A stretch of DNA of 64,000 nt. Origin: Carcharhinus amblyrhynchos (lineage: Eukaryota). The notes below the pieces were generated by a model. It worked only from the letters and a program-made list of their open reading frames with translations, had not been told where the DNA came from and did no database searches. A program made the translations under genes and the position numbers. Numbering within the stretch: the first letter of the stretch is position 1; every line of letters begins with the position of its first letter. The stretch spans positions 20,522,001-20,586,000 of the forward strand of contig OZ336888.1 of the NCBI GenBank assembly GCA_965287045.1, given 5' to 3'. Below, in pieces: positions 1-12,480 of the stretch.

Positions 1-38
1 GAGGCAGCAGTGCTGACCACTATCCTACCGTGCTGCCC
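1..38 (-). mobile_element. 5' head of tRNA-derived SINE (truncated by window edge)
   Basis: Reverse complement ggcagcacggtaggatagtggtcagcactgctgcctc is an A-box-like SINE head, also seen near 36100 and 40020. Confidence 0.7.
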
Positions 39-1029
39 ACTTTATTAAGACGATACCAATCTGCTTTGTGTATTTGACTCTTCTTATGAAGCTGTTGTCT
101 AATTGCTGCTGTTTGAGGAACCTGTGTGCCTGTTTGGTTTCTGAGAGCTTGAGTTGCTATCCTGAATTCTGGGCATGGCCTGCTTTTAGATGGACATGCA
201 GATGAGCTGTTCCCAGTCTGTCAAAGGAATATGTTAGATTGGAGGCTAGCAGAAGTGTTTCACCATACTAAATTGAAATAGGCTGCCCTGTCATTCCAAT
301 TTGAGTTCCAGTAAAAGTTGTGGTGGCATTTCTGTATTTTTAGTCACTTGAATATTTGTTTGCTGCTTAATGAAACACAATAAAATCTAGGCTGATACTT
401 CAGTACTGTGGGAGTGCTTTATTGTTGAGAATACTGTCTTGCTCCAAAATGTTGACAAAGATGTGTTGGAAAATTTGAAAATCACTGTGCCAATAAGTTG
501 GAGTGCTGGAACTTCAGTTGATTGCAGCATTCTTTAATGGGAGTTCGCAGCATTGAGTTGCAGTGATGTCATTGAGCTGTTGAATCATTTGAAGAATTCT
601 CGAAGACACCAAATCAGGAAGTGAAAAACACTCAGTATCAAATCACATTTTTGATTTCAGAGAGATTTTTTAGAGAGAGCAAAATAAAGGTAGGAATGGT
701 AGAAGCTGATCAACCTTCAGTTTTTTTAAAAAAATGCTTTCTGGAAATAATTAGAAAATATGATTATTGTAATGGGGACATGCTACATAATTCAAATTAT
801 CATTCTAGCGTCAGATTAGTTGATCATAAGATTGCAATTAAGAACCAGGTTATGCTTTATTGAAAAAGACAACTTTTTAGAATGTTTGTAACTGATACGA
901 GAGCAGAAAAGTGGAAGTGCTCACCAGATAAGTGAATTTCTCTGTTAAGCAGTTTTGGGGATCCATAGCACAGCCTGAGGTGGAGCAGTGAATGACAGAC
1001 TTCAATATGAGGATTTTGTCATTATTCTG

Positions 1030-1345
1030 AAAGAAGAAAGAACAACATTTATATTGTGTTTTCCATGACCACTGGACATCTCAAAGTGCTCTGCAGTGGG
1101 TGGAGTACTTTTTCAAGTGTGGTCACTGTTGTAGTGTAGGAAATGCAACAGCTAATTTTCATTCAGCAAACTCCCAGAATCAGCAATGTGATGATGAGCA
1201 GATAATCTGTTTTTGTGATGTTGTTTGAGGGATGTATATTGGCTTGGATATTGGGGATAATTTCCTGCCCTTCAGAGCAATGCCTTGAGTTTTTTTTTGC
1301 ATCCATCTGAGTAGTCAGATGGGTTTAATGTTTCATCCCAAATGC
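1030..1345 (-). mobile_element. Deu-domain SINE (SacSINE1-like), decayed
   Basis: Contains gtcactgttgtagtgtaggaaatg...gcaaactcccagaatcagcaatgtgatgatgagcagataatctgtttttgtgatgttg, resembling the recalled Deu-SINE core; appears to resume near 1554 after an insertion. Confidence 0.65.
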
Positions 1346-1358
1346 AATGTCCTAACAA

Positions 1359-1553
1359 TGTTACGGTTTGTGGGTTTTTACAGAAAAGAACGAGGTTTGC
1401 ACACACAGATCCAAACTAACACAACTGGTTTTATTGAAGAGCTGCTCCCTCTGCACTGCAGAATACAAAACTGAAAGTAAAATAAATCACACACTTAATG
1501 ATGTCATCAAATCATATGATCAACTCTTAAAGCATCCTTGTAAATATTTAACA
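1359..1553. mobile_element. Short (~195 bp) TGTTA...TAACA element, solo-LTR-like, copy 1
   Basis: Begins tgtta, ends taaca; alignable by eye to 2686-2889. Confidence 0.5.
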
Positions 1554-1621
1554 CCAAAGATAGCACCTCCCATTATGCAGAATTAGAAACAATTTAAGTA
1601 AATTGTACGTATTTGTGTGTG

Positions 1622-3106
1622 TGTTATGAATATGCTTGAAAATTAAGTTATAGTTCTGTATTTGTGTGTTGAGGTAGGGGGAACCCGAGTTTGATTTCAC
1701 TTTGAAGACTTGCCTGTAAATCTGAAGGTTATTTTCTATACCTGCATTTTAGTTCAGTTTTACGATCCTTGAAGTGGGAAGCTGTATGTCGAAGGAGGTT
1801 AATGGCTTAGCAAATTAAAACAAATGGAAAAAGCTGGGCTGTTAGCGAGCAACAAGAGACTAACACAGACATGGAGAAGGAAAAAGCCTCATTAGTTCAG
1901 TTGGTGCAAGTGCCAGGAAGAACTGAACAAGGTGGGGGTCAGCAGGAAGCAGGTTTTGAAGAATAAAAAAAGAAAACTACCCAATCGATGGAGTAGAACA
2001 GGAGCCAAGTCCAAAGAAGATCACCTCCTCATTGGAAACGAACGGGAATCTGGAAAATGCCAAGTGATGTGAAGTGAAGAGTGAGGAGCAGGGGAAATGG
2101 CTTCAAGTTAAAAGACGCAGCTGCAGAGAACAGACTTGGAACCAAGTGGATTTGCGAGGAGGTAGAAGATCTGAGGAGCTGGCGGAAGGTAGATGACTTT
2201 ACTAAAGGTCTTTTGGAGCTCTGGTATTGTGCTTGGCGTAGTTGAATTACCTGAGAGGATGTATGAGATGTGAAACCTGAATGCATGTAGAGATCTAGGA
2301 AGATGGGACATCAGGAGGAGAGGTCAAAATCCTGGAGGTGGATCCATTGTGAAGAGATCCAAGTGAAAGGATCATTTAGGAGAAGATTCCAAGGTGAGTA
2401 CTGAGTGTGGAGATTGCAAACCCTCGTGAAAGATGAATTCCAGGGAGGTCAATTAACTCATGGTGTGACAAGCATCTGGGGGAAGTCACGAGAAATACAT
2501 CGCATCATGTTTGGAGTGGCACCTGTCTGTTTCAGAGTGTGGTGTGTCAGACCACAAGTTGATTTCTATGGACTGTGCTCTTAATGTGAACAACAGAGAT
2601 TATAAGATACACTTTATAAGTCATGTTATCCTTGCAAATTTGTATATCTGTAAAGATATATTTGAGGTGTTTATTATCTTAACTATGTTAGGCATTGTGG
2701 GTTTCAACAGAAAATAATGTGGCTTGCACATGTGGATTCAAAGAAACACACAGCAGGTTTTATGGAAGAACTGCCCCCTGAAGTGCATCAAGTACAAAAC
2801 TGAACGTAAAACCGAAGACTCTGAAACCCAAATTACATCACCATCAAACCATGTGATCAGCCCTTAAAGCAACTTGCACTCTTTTAAAAATATGTAAGTG
2901 TGAAGGAATTGTCATATAGTTAACCTTTTCCTGTTTAATAAATGTCACTTGTTTTGTTGGAAGTTCATCAGCAGACTCCTTTGACTCTTGTTCAGTCGCT
3001 ATCCTCCACGTTTCTAAACCAAAACTAAATGTTTTAAGATCTATCAGATCAGATTCCACCCTGGGATCCGACTTCTCCAATAGCAACACCAGCTGCAAGT
3101 ATAACG
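1622..3106 (+). mobile_element. Possible long solo LTR
   Basis: Starts tgttatg; purine-rich body, an aataaa near 2937 and an LTR-like end (ctgggatccgacttctccaatagcaaca...ataac). No coding evidence. Confidence 0.35.
2686..2889. mobile_element. Short solo-LTR-like element, copy 2
   Basis: Shares the blocks gtgggtt..acagaaaa, tacaaaactgaa.gtaaaa and tgatca..cttaaagca with 1359-1553. Confidence 0.5.
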
Positions 3107-3695
3107 CCATGTGCTAAATCCTCAAGTTTTGATCAGATTCACAGACTGTCATCAAAATACCCACAAATTCCAGGCCAATCATAATTTGTTGGATTGTATG
3201 AAGGGCGAGATGCTCACATTTCAAAAGTAATTGATTTCCAATGATGTACAGGGCACGTTATAAATATAAATTTATAAATTCTCTTTGTTTCTCACTCATC
3301 CTCAGAAACCATGAGCTGAAGAAGTATAAATTTTGATGTGTGTAAAGTTTGCATTCTGGTTACTGACTCTACGACATCTTCATGATTTATCTCTGCAGTG
3401 TATTCTAGTTCCATGACCTGTTCCAGCAGCTTATCAGGTAGTTTCTCTGGACTCTGTTTTTAATTTCTTCTTCTTCATCTCTCTATTCTGTTTATGGGTA
3501 AGTTTACATGTGTACATTGGCAGGCTCCACCTGTGTTGCTGCTGTCACTGATTCCAGATGAGTTACTTTGTCTTTTTGCTAGAATTGCATCTCGGGAGCA
3601 GTCAGATTTTCCTTTTGTTCTGAAGCTAACAAAAAGCAATTCAGTGCAAGACAAAGCCTCAGCAGTTCATGAAAACATTCAATCAAAATGAACAT

Positions 3696-3870
3696 GATGT
3701 GGAGATGTCGGCATTGGAGTTGGGTGGGCACAGTAAGAAGCCTCACAACACAAGGTTAAAGTCCAACAGATTTATTTGGAATCATGAGCTTTGAGTGTGC
3801 TCCCTCATCAGGTGAGACTCACCTGATGAAGGAGCAGCGCTCTGAAAGTTCGTGATTAGAAATAAACCTG
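3696..3870. mobile_element. Palindromic Penelope-type terminal insertion, copy 1
   Basis: Inverted repeat centred at 3817 (tcatcaggtgag-a-ctcacctgatga). Flanking duplication tcaaaatgaacat (3683-3695) / tcaaaatgaaaat (3871-3883). Confidence 0.8.
3818..3854 (+). ncRNA. Degenerate minimal type I hammerhead ribozyme motif
   Basis: CAC-CTGATGA-A-GGAGC-agc-GCTCT-GAAA-GT-TC-GTG. Confidence 0.6.
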
Positions 3871-4572
3871 TCAAAATGAAAATGGTTGATAGATTCCTAC
3901 AGGCCACCAAGCATTTGTGTTTTCCTTTGCACAGAGCTTTGCTATCTACGTGTTGAGATTTATAAAGTGTGGGACGATCTGTTGGCGATGTTCTCATATA
4001 TCTTACATTTGCCTAAATGACTTCATATCTGGGATCTGGCCATATACCCAGATCACAGCTCCTTCTTTAAATTAAGATATCAGTTGTGGTCATGTCATGA
4101 ACTGAAATGAATAACCTTTCCAGGATGCTGAGGTAGTGAAGGAAGTTCAACTTGAAGGTGCTGTATTTTGTGATGCCCATAAAGTAGTCTGGGCAAATGT
4201 AAACACAGTTTCAGCTTTACATCAAGGCAGATTGTGCTGTATATTTCTGGAGTATACCTTTATGCTGTGACTGTAAACATGGTGATGGCAGGCAAATTGA
4301 TTTTGCATTGTTATTTTTTAGAAGTGTACTTGACAACAGTGAGTAATATTTGCTCCTCCTCCCAAGTCATACACTTAAAAGTCACTAGTCAGCACCACTT
4401 TTTCTGGTCACAAAAGTGACTGTCAATCTATATTCCAACAAGAAAAATACTCTTTGCTTTGTCAGTCAATAGTCTACACTTGGTGCTTTGGAAGTATTTG
4501 ACTTTCCAGGAGCTTTACCAGTGCTTCCAAGGTGCAGTTGGATTAGGCTATTGTCTAAGCATGTACAAATAT

Positions 4573-4777
4573 GACGTAGAGATGCTGGTGTTGGACTGGG
4601 GTAAGCACAGTAATAAGTCGTATAACACCAAGTTAAAGTCCAACAGGTTTATTTGGTAGCATGAGCTTTCGGAACGCTGCCCCTTCATCACTCACCTGAT
4701 GAAGTGGCAGCACTCCGAAAGCTCATACTACCAAATAAACCTGTTGGAATTTACCTGGTATTGTGAAACTTCTTATT
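4573..4777. mobile_element. Palindromic Penelope-type terminal insertion, copy 2 (decayed hammerhead core 4691-4727)
   Basis: Arms around cttcatca-ctcacc-tgatgaag. Flanking duplication gcatgtacaaata (4559-4571) / gcatatacaaata (4778-4790). Confidence 0.8.
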
Positions 4778-6284
4778 GCATATACAAATAGTTTTAAAAG
4801 GATTCTGAGCACTCACGATCTTCAAATATTCCAGGATGATTCTTCATTTTTTTTCTCAACCTAATGCAGCTAAATTATTTTGACTGCTTCAGCCCATTTC
4901 CTTTTTAATATTGTTTTTACCTTATTTAGTTTTCTTTGCATCCAAATTCTAGGAGCCAACATGGGTATGCTTAGCTGGTGTCATTTGTTGTATTATGTGG
5001 GAGCAACTGATTGGCTTGAAAATGTAGTATAAATAATGTATAAATGTAGTATAGATAATTGGTTTATTGAAAAATCATAATGGAGATATGTGCTGAATTG
5101 TGAAATACAAATAAAACAATCATAATTTATAACGTTGTTTCAGGCAATGATTGAAATAAAAATGGACTATAAAATACTGAATGGATTGCCCACTTAGGAA
5201 CATGCAAATAATAAAGCATGTTGTAAATGCAGGTCTCAACTGATGCAATAAAAATTATTCTGCTCCACTCTGTATTTAGTATTAAAGTCCATCGATCTTA
5301 CATTTATCAGGTGGATTCCACAATTTCTCATCATTTGAATATTATTTATGGATTTTATAAAGTAAGGATTGGGTTCTCTCATATCATGGTCCTGGAAATT
5401 GGAAAGTACTCGTGTTCCTTTTTTGCATATTAGAAAAGCTGAACAGATGGGGGAGCTGCAGGTTCATAGTTTAAAGTAATTCTGATCTCTTTCTCCAATA
5501 TAATATTATGCTTCAAAAATAATAAGATCAGTTCATGTAACGTCATTACAAGTTTTGTAATTGCAATGCATATTGTCAGTTAAAGGAAGACATGTTATGA
5601 GTGCAGTTGCAAAATCCTGTTCCAGAATAAATTTCTGGTGTTCAGAACATAATGTAAGTAATTTATTTCTTTTCCTTTTTGTAGGTTGTGGCGAGAGTTT
5701 GGTATTTATCTAATTGCAAATCTTATTTTGAGGAACTAGGTTGAAGATTTTTATTTCTTGTGACAAAGGCTTCATGAGGAAGGAATGCAACAGACTTTTT
5801 GGTTAGATTGGGCAAGAGCTGGAAGTGTTCTTTAAATGCTATGTGGGGAGAAAATATCTAACTGTATCAACAGTGAGCTAAATTCACCAAGACATGCTAT
5901 TTTGATAGGAAAAGTAACATATGGAGTATTTGAGAGAAAGAAGTACATTTTAAAAGCTTGCATGGGAAAATGTTGGAGTACAAAACCAATCAATCAGCAT
6001 CCAAAAATAACTCTTGGGTCGAGATCATTTCAGAACTGACTGGAAAATGAGCAAGCCCCTGACTGACTTGAGGGCTGGGAAATGGTGAAAGGGAAAGATC
6101 TGAAGTGGGGCAGGAGGGCTGCAACAGGGTAAGAAACAAAAAAATGCAAAAGCTGGGTGCGATGTTACTGTGCGATCGAGGTCATTGGTAAGCTTGATGA
6201 TATATTTGGTGTATGCCATCACAAAAAGTGGCCAAATCTGAATTTAACTGATGCCTCAGATGATTGCAAATGGGATTGTTGTCT

Positions 6285-6990
6285 TCTTATTCATTTATAG
6301 GGATGTGGGTGTTGCTGGCTAGGCCAACATTTGTTCCACATCCCGAGTTGCCCTATAGAAGATGGTGGTGAGCTGCCTTGTTAAACCGCTGCAGTACCTG
6401 AGGTGTAGGTATATCCATAGCGTTGTTAGGGAGGGAGGACCAGGATTTTGACCCAATGATAGTGAAGGAACGGGATATACTTCCCAGTCAGAATGGTGAG
6501 TGAGTTGGAGGGGAACTTCTCAGTGATGGTGTTCCCAGGTATCTGTTGCTTTTGTCCTGCTAGATGGTGTTGGAGGTGGGGTTCAGAATGTGCAGCCAAA
6601 AGAACCTCGCTGAGTTTTTGCAGTACATTTGGCTACCACTGTTCATCTGTGGTGGAGGGATTGAATGTTTGTAGAAGGGATAGCTTTTGATGGTGTATGC
6701 CTGGGTTTAGCAGATGCTGCAGATAATTGCAAGTGTTATCTTTTTATTCGTTTATGGGATGTAGGTGTCACTGGCTGCTTTGACCTGGATGGTGTCAAGC
6801 TTCTTGTGTTGTTGGAGCTGCACTTAGCCAGACAAATGGGGAGTATTCCATTACACACCCGACTTGTGCCTTGTCGATGGTGGATAGAAATTAGGCAGTC
6901 AGGAAATGAGTTACTCGCTGCAGGAATCCTGGCCTTTGACCTGCTCTGGTAACCAAGGTATTTATATGGCCAGTCCAGTTCAGGTTCTGG
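6285..6990 (-). mobile_element. Decayed LINE (CR1-clade) 3' fragments
   Basis: Same family text recurs near 31020-31210, 52775-52950 and 62690-62950. Minus-strand ORF contains LNWTGHINTLVTRAGQRPGFLQRV. Confidence 0.6.
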
Positions 6991-9900
6991 TGGGAACCCT
7001 CAGCGTGTACAATTGGCTGTACTATCTGAAGATGATGGAGCCCATTGTACTGCACCCATTGCTGAAATTGGTTGAGTACCTGTCCAGCATTTAACCTGGG
7101 ACCTTCCCAGTCTACATGACCCTCCTGCACATCCATTGTACAGTCAACATACAGCCATGTAGCAGGATTTACAAGTTAAGGAAACTGAAAAAAACATTCA
7201 TTATCTTCTGAATATTGCCATAATGTAGCACAGTATCTGATGGCTAAATTTCCCTGGACTGATCGCTGCATACTGAAATGAGCTTCTGAATGAAATGCGA
7301 AGTTTAAGCTATTTGCGACAATGTTTCTATCCAGTATGCAGTTATGAATAATAGATTCGTCAATGGAGCCTTGTGATTTTTGAAGTTTATAAACAATGTT
7401 CAGACCAGTGGGCTTGAGTTATGACTTGATGAATGATTAAAAAGAAATAATGTTTAAATAATTGCACAATAACTTGCTATGTGCTTCATTCTTGCAAATG
7501 GATGAGCAAATTCTGTGCTTGTTGTGTGGCTTCACGTTTTTGATTTGTTTAAACGTAAAACAAATATGGAATAATTACAAATTGGTAGGATTTGCTTGTA
7601 ATAAACGTTATTGGATTTTGGTGCAATCCAAATGAAAGGCTGAAGGCAGCAATGAAGAAGGAAGCAACAACAAATATTTACAAAACAGTTCAGATGGAGG
7701 TTTGCTTCACTGGTACATGTGGATAACGTGCAAGAAGAGTGAAGCAGAGAGGGAACCGAAGTTGGTGGGTCAGGAGGTGAAAACGATTCAAGTTGAGGAT
7801 TTTGCAAAGGATCTTCAGAGCTCAGGTAATTTTGGTAGGAATGGTATCTTATTGACCTGTTGGATGTAGGAGCTTGGCAAGAGTGTAGGATACTTTTTGT
7901 TTGAAAAATAATGTGCATTCAGCAATCTGGAAAGCTGCAGATTAAGATTGTCACCTGTGTTAGCGTGGGCAATGTTTCCTTACTTTCTGTGTCTGGTGTG
8001 TGCGTTTTCTTACCTGAACAATGATTGTCTGAATGTGAATCATTCTAGTAGCAAGCTTTTTATGAATTTTAAAATAAATTGGGTTATTTATTACCCCACA
8101 ATTCCCCTGGAGGTTTTAAAACGTGATGTTTCACTCACTTGACTCAAGCACACCATCACAAACTGAGCATTTACAGATGAACAAAGTGTAATTGATTCAG
8201 TCTCTGTATTGTGGCAGGCCTGTAATTTCTTAGATGAGTTGGCATTTTTAGTTGAAGAGAAGGACTTATAAGCAGACAATTATCAGTAAGCTGCAAGACT
8301 TCATGTATTTCAATTTCCAGATGATTTTGATATTTAAATAGATTGCGGAGACCCCTTTTTCCATTTCCAAGATATTTTTCTTTATTACTGTGGCTGTCTT
8401 GTTAACTTGCGGCTGTTTCGATGGCTTTTCTGAAGCACTTGGATGGAATGCCAGTCTTTGCAAGCAGCTTTTGCTGTTTTAAAAGCTGACAGAAAACATA
8501 GTTGTGCCCATCTTGTGACTTATGGAGATTCAAGGTCCTTTGTCCAAAGAAAAGTGATGTGTTGATTACACATACTGTTGTTGTTTGACACTGCCAAATT
8601 CGTCCCGAGTAGTTTGGAGGGTTGAAAGATTGATGGGATTCATTTCACAATCATCTAACACACAGTGAGTTTCAATATTTCATGACGGACAAATGAAACA
8701 AAGACAAGCTGGCTGGAAATTATAGTCCTTTTTATTGATGGTCCACCCTTAAAGATACACCCTTAAAGATACACGAAAATCTTGGATGGTTGTGAATGTT
8801 CAGGTTTAATTGTGTATTTGCATGAGACATTGGAGAGGGGAGATGTGGTTGGTTATGGCATCTTCCTCCTTCACCATTTTGTTTCCTCTTCCTCCACAGG
8901 TCTTTGTCTTAGTCCTTTTTTTGCTTTTAGATAGCAGCTGTTCACCCTTTTGCTATTCATAGCTTTTCTTGACACAACCTTTATTTTCTTGTGCCATTTG
9001 CACTCCCTTTGGTCTTGTACCATCAACCTTGTCTCTTCTCCTCTCTCTCTGAGCTTCCCTCTTGTTTTTCCCACCTTCACTTTAAACCTATTACATTTCT
9101 AACTTTTCCGAGATGGAAGATCATTATGCTGCCAAAGTATTACCACTATTTTCTGTTATGTTTTGGAAGTAGACTTGGGAGGACATTGTGTCTGAGGTAG
9201 CTGCGAGGTTGAGAGTCGATGGCTGTTGTTTGCAATGTTCAACAAATGATTGTGCATGAGGAGTAAGCCTGACTGGAGGATTCCCCCATGTGTTTCGTGT
9301 AGTGTAGGAATATAGTTTTGAGGGAATGATGTGTGCCAGGACTTGGGAGAAAAAAGAAGTTGGAAGCAGGTTGATAGTTAAAGAGAACTCCAGTCTAAAG
9401 TTCTCAAAGTGGTAAGGACAGTGCTGAACAGGAAGTTGATGTTGGCTGTAATAGGAGTTTGATGGGCAGGAGGGGTTTGAAGTGGGTGGTGGATTTCACA
9501 GCTGTCATGTGTTTCCTGAGGGTGAGATGGGAGGAGAATGCAGTATGGGACGTTTGGATGTAATTGGGAGGAAAGCATGTCATGTGGCTGAGGGTCACCT
9601 GGGTTGTGGGAGAACATCAAGGTTGAAACCAGGAAAAAGCGCTAAGTTACCTAGTTATTTCAAGCTTGCATTTGTGAAAACCGATTTCTTGGGGGTTGTG
9701 TTCAAGATGAAGGCTGGAATTCCAGTTCGAATTTTGGAAGAAGTTTGTGGGTCTTGATTTCAACACGAGAGATAAAGAAATAAACAGTTAAAAAGATCAA
9801 ATTTAAGAGAGGAAACAAGAGTTTACATTTTTGTTGCATCTTCCACATCCTCCAGTTCCAAAGTGCTTCATACAATTATGCAATTTGTTTTGTTATCAAG

Positions 9901-10599
9901 CTTGTGTTGAAGCTGAAAGACGATGCAAGATGTTATGTGCCAATATAATTTATAATTTTTCCAGTAAAAATATTTACCATTAAAATTATAATTCCCAAGA
10001 ATAGCTAATTATGAAGAAAGATGACTCTCAGTCAACATGTAAGGAAAAGGGGCGATGCCAATTAACTTTCCATACGATCACAGTGGGAGCAAAACTATAA
10101 TGTGGCTACAGAATGAGACATTGCTGAAACAATGACATTTTGAGTAAGAGGAAAAAACATAATTTCTGGTATTGTGATGAACCAGACTAAGTTCTTGAGG
10201 TGGGATCTGCCTGATAATTTCAATTGGTGTAATCGACAAGCTGTCCTGGAAAACTAGCAGCAGATTGAGTGAAAGTTAATCTTATGATTGGTTGTGCGAT
10301 GCAGTTCATGTTCTCATTTTGCTTCAAACACTCCTGTCAAGTCCCTTACATGTAGTGTTTCATTAAAGGCGCAAGACAGTTGCAAGTTATCTGAAAAGGA
10401 CACAGGCTAAACCTATTATTTCTGCATTTTGATCTTGGAAGTGTACTTCGAACTTAGATCATGTTGCTTGTATATTTCTTAAACTCACTTTTGTCTCGAA
10501 CTCAGAGCTACTCATTAATGAAATTGTTGCTGCAGGGATTGTCTGCCGCAAGCCTTGTCCAAGTATTGTCATTAGTGTTATTGATTTTAGCATTGTTAT

Positions 10600-10752
10600 G
10601 AGTTTGAAGAAAAGTCATATTGAACTCAAGAAGTTAATTCTGTTTCAGCTCTGATGAAGGGTCATCCAAACTCGAAATGTTGGGTCTGTTCTCTCTCCGC
10701 AGATGCTGTCAGACCTGCTGAGATTTTCCAGCATTTTCTGTTTTTGTTGCAT
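10600..10752 (+). mobile_element. Penelope-type 3' end (second family) with hammerhead-like motif
   Basis: ctgatgaagggtcatccaaactcgaaatgtt followed by ctctctccgcagatgctgtcagacctgctgagattttccagcattttctgttttt. Confidence 0.65.
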
Positions 10753-11419
10753 ATGCAGCTCGCCTGTTCAAATCAAGTAATTTCAGCGCACGCAAAAAAC
10801 CATGGGTTTTCAGCTACTGTTTTAGTAAAGGAATCATTTACTACAATTAATTCAGAAATACATTAGCATTTACAGCAGGTTTTGCTACATGGAATACACA
10901 AGAAATAGGAACAGAAGTATACCATATGGCCTGTTGAGCCAGCCCTACCGATTCCATTCCATTTTCACACCTGCTCCCCATATCCCTTAATCCCCTCACA
11001 AACCAAAAATCTGTGTATCCCAGCCCAAAGTGTTTGATATGTGGAAGTACCTAAGCAACATAGTATTGTCTTTGTCTTTTAACATTGCCTTGCTTAATTG
11101 CGTACAAAGCCACCATCTACATGGTTTATCAGTAAATCTAATTTGAGTTCAGATGAATATAATCCAGTTTTGTTGTTGTGGAGTTTTTAAAAATAGGCTT
11201 TATAACATTTTAAGCTGAATTTTTAAAGGAATGCCAGATGTGCTATTTGTCTCTCCTTCTGTGCTTTGCTCCTTGTTGTCGATGATCCTGATTTGGTGTC
11301 TAACACGTCTTAAAATGTTAATTCAAGAAGTCATAATTTACAGCACTACTTCTGTGGAAGGCATAGCACTTGTATAACTATTTTCATGCATCAGCCTCAC
11401 TTCAAAAAATACGTATAGA

Positions 11420-11760
11420 TTTGTAAGAATTAAAACCTGCATTTTAAAGATGTACAGGTTAGGTGGTTGATACCCTACAACTGAGGTGGAGAGAAATTTC
11501 ATGACCGAGTGTGGTGAATGTATGGCATTCACTATAACGGAAAGTAGTTGAGGCCAAAACATTGTCTGATTTCAAGAAGCTAGATATAATTATTGGGGCT
11601 AAAGGGATATGGGGGTTGGGGGGGTGTGGGGAAAGGAGGGATCAGGATATTGAATTTGATGATCAGCCGTGATCAAAATGAAAGGCGGAGCAAGTTCAAA
11701 GGGCCGAATGGCCTGCTCCTGCTTCTAGTTTCTATGTTTTTATGCCTATGTTTCTATACT
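11420..11760 (+). mobile_element. CR1 LINE 3' end
   Basis: gatcagccgtgatc...gggccgaatggcctgctcctgcttct plus a tttctatg-type repeat tail; similar ends at ~15050-15128 and 33700-33786. Confidence 0.75.
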
Positions 11761-11849
11761 AAGTGATCTTTCTTGACACCAGCTATGACTGTAAAAGTAG
11801 ACCTTCTCCCCAATTAGACTTCAGAATTACAGGAAGGGGATAGCTTGAT

Positions 11850-12065
11850 CTTGGGATTGGGCATAGCTCGACACAACATTGAAGGCCGAAGGGCCTGTAC
11901 TGTGCTGTAATGTTCTATGTTGATTGACCATGCTAAATTGATCCGAATGTTGGGGGATTAGCAGGGTAAATGAGGCTTACGGGAATAGGGCCTGGATGGG
12001 ATTGTGGTCAGTACAGGCTCAGTGTGCCTAAGGGGCCTCCTTTTGTACTGATGTGATCCTAGGAT
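11850..12065 (+). mobile_element. LINE 3' tail followed by SINE 3' half
   Basis: ggccgaagggcctgtactgtgctgtaatgttctatg, then gattgaccatgctaaattg...gattagcagggtaaat, which matches 43620-43760. Confidence 0.6.
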
Positions 12066-12169
12066 TTTCCCACTGCCTGACCTTAGCCTGATTCTTCTGT
12101 ATATTTTTTCCCCTTTTTTGATGATAACCATTTATCTTTTCAATTATAATGTCCCTGCGTGTAGCAGAG

Positions 12170-12480
12170 AAAAAAAAATCTCCAGCAAAACACTTGGAAA
12201 ACAGTGGCAGAATCGGACAGAATCAGCATGGATTACCATGCTTGACAAATCTACTGGAATTCTTCAAGGATGTAATGAGCAGAGTTGATGAAGGGGTGCT
12301 AGTGGATGTGGTTTCTTTGGGCTTTCAGAAGGTTTTCAACAAAGTCCCATTTAAGAGATTAGCGTGGAAAATTAGAATGCGTGGGATTGGGGTTAGTGTA
12401 TTGAGATGGAGAGAAAACTGGCAGACAAGAAATGAAGAATAGGAATAAACGGGCCTTTTTCCAAATGGTAGGCAGTGACT
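12170..12480 (+). mobile_element. CR1 LINE RT fragment (left part of interrupted element)
   Basis: ORF 12149..12442 has CLTNLLEFF...VDVVSLGFQKVFNKVP; breaks at ggcagtgact. Confidence 0.85.

Noticed and set aside
5654-5706. GTAAGT followed by a pyrimidine tract and TAG (possible mini-intron or microexon)
   Set aside because: 31 nt is too short for a vertebrate intron and the flanks show no TBC1D22-like peptide.
8747-8774. 14-bp tandem duplication ccttaaagatacac x2
   Set aside because: Simple slippage duplication; no spacers or array, so not CRISPR-like.
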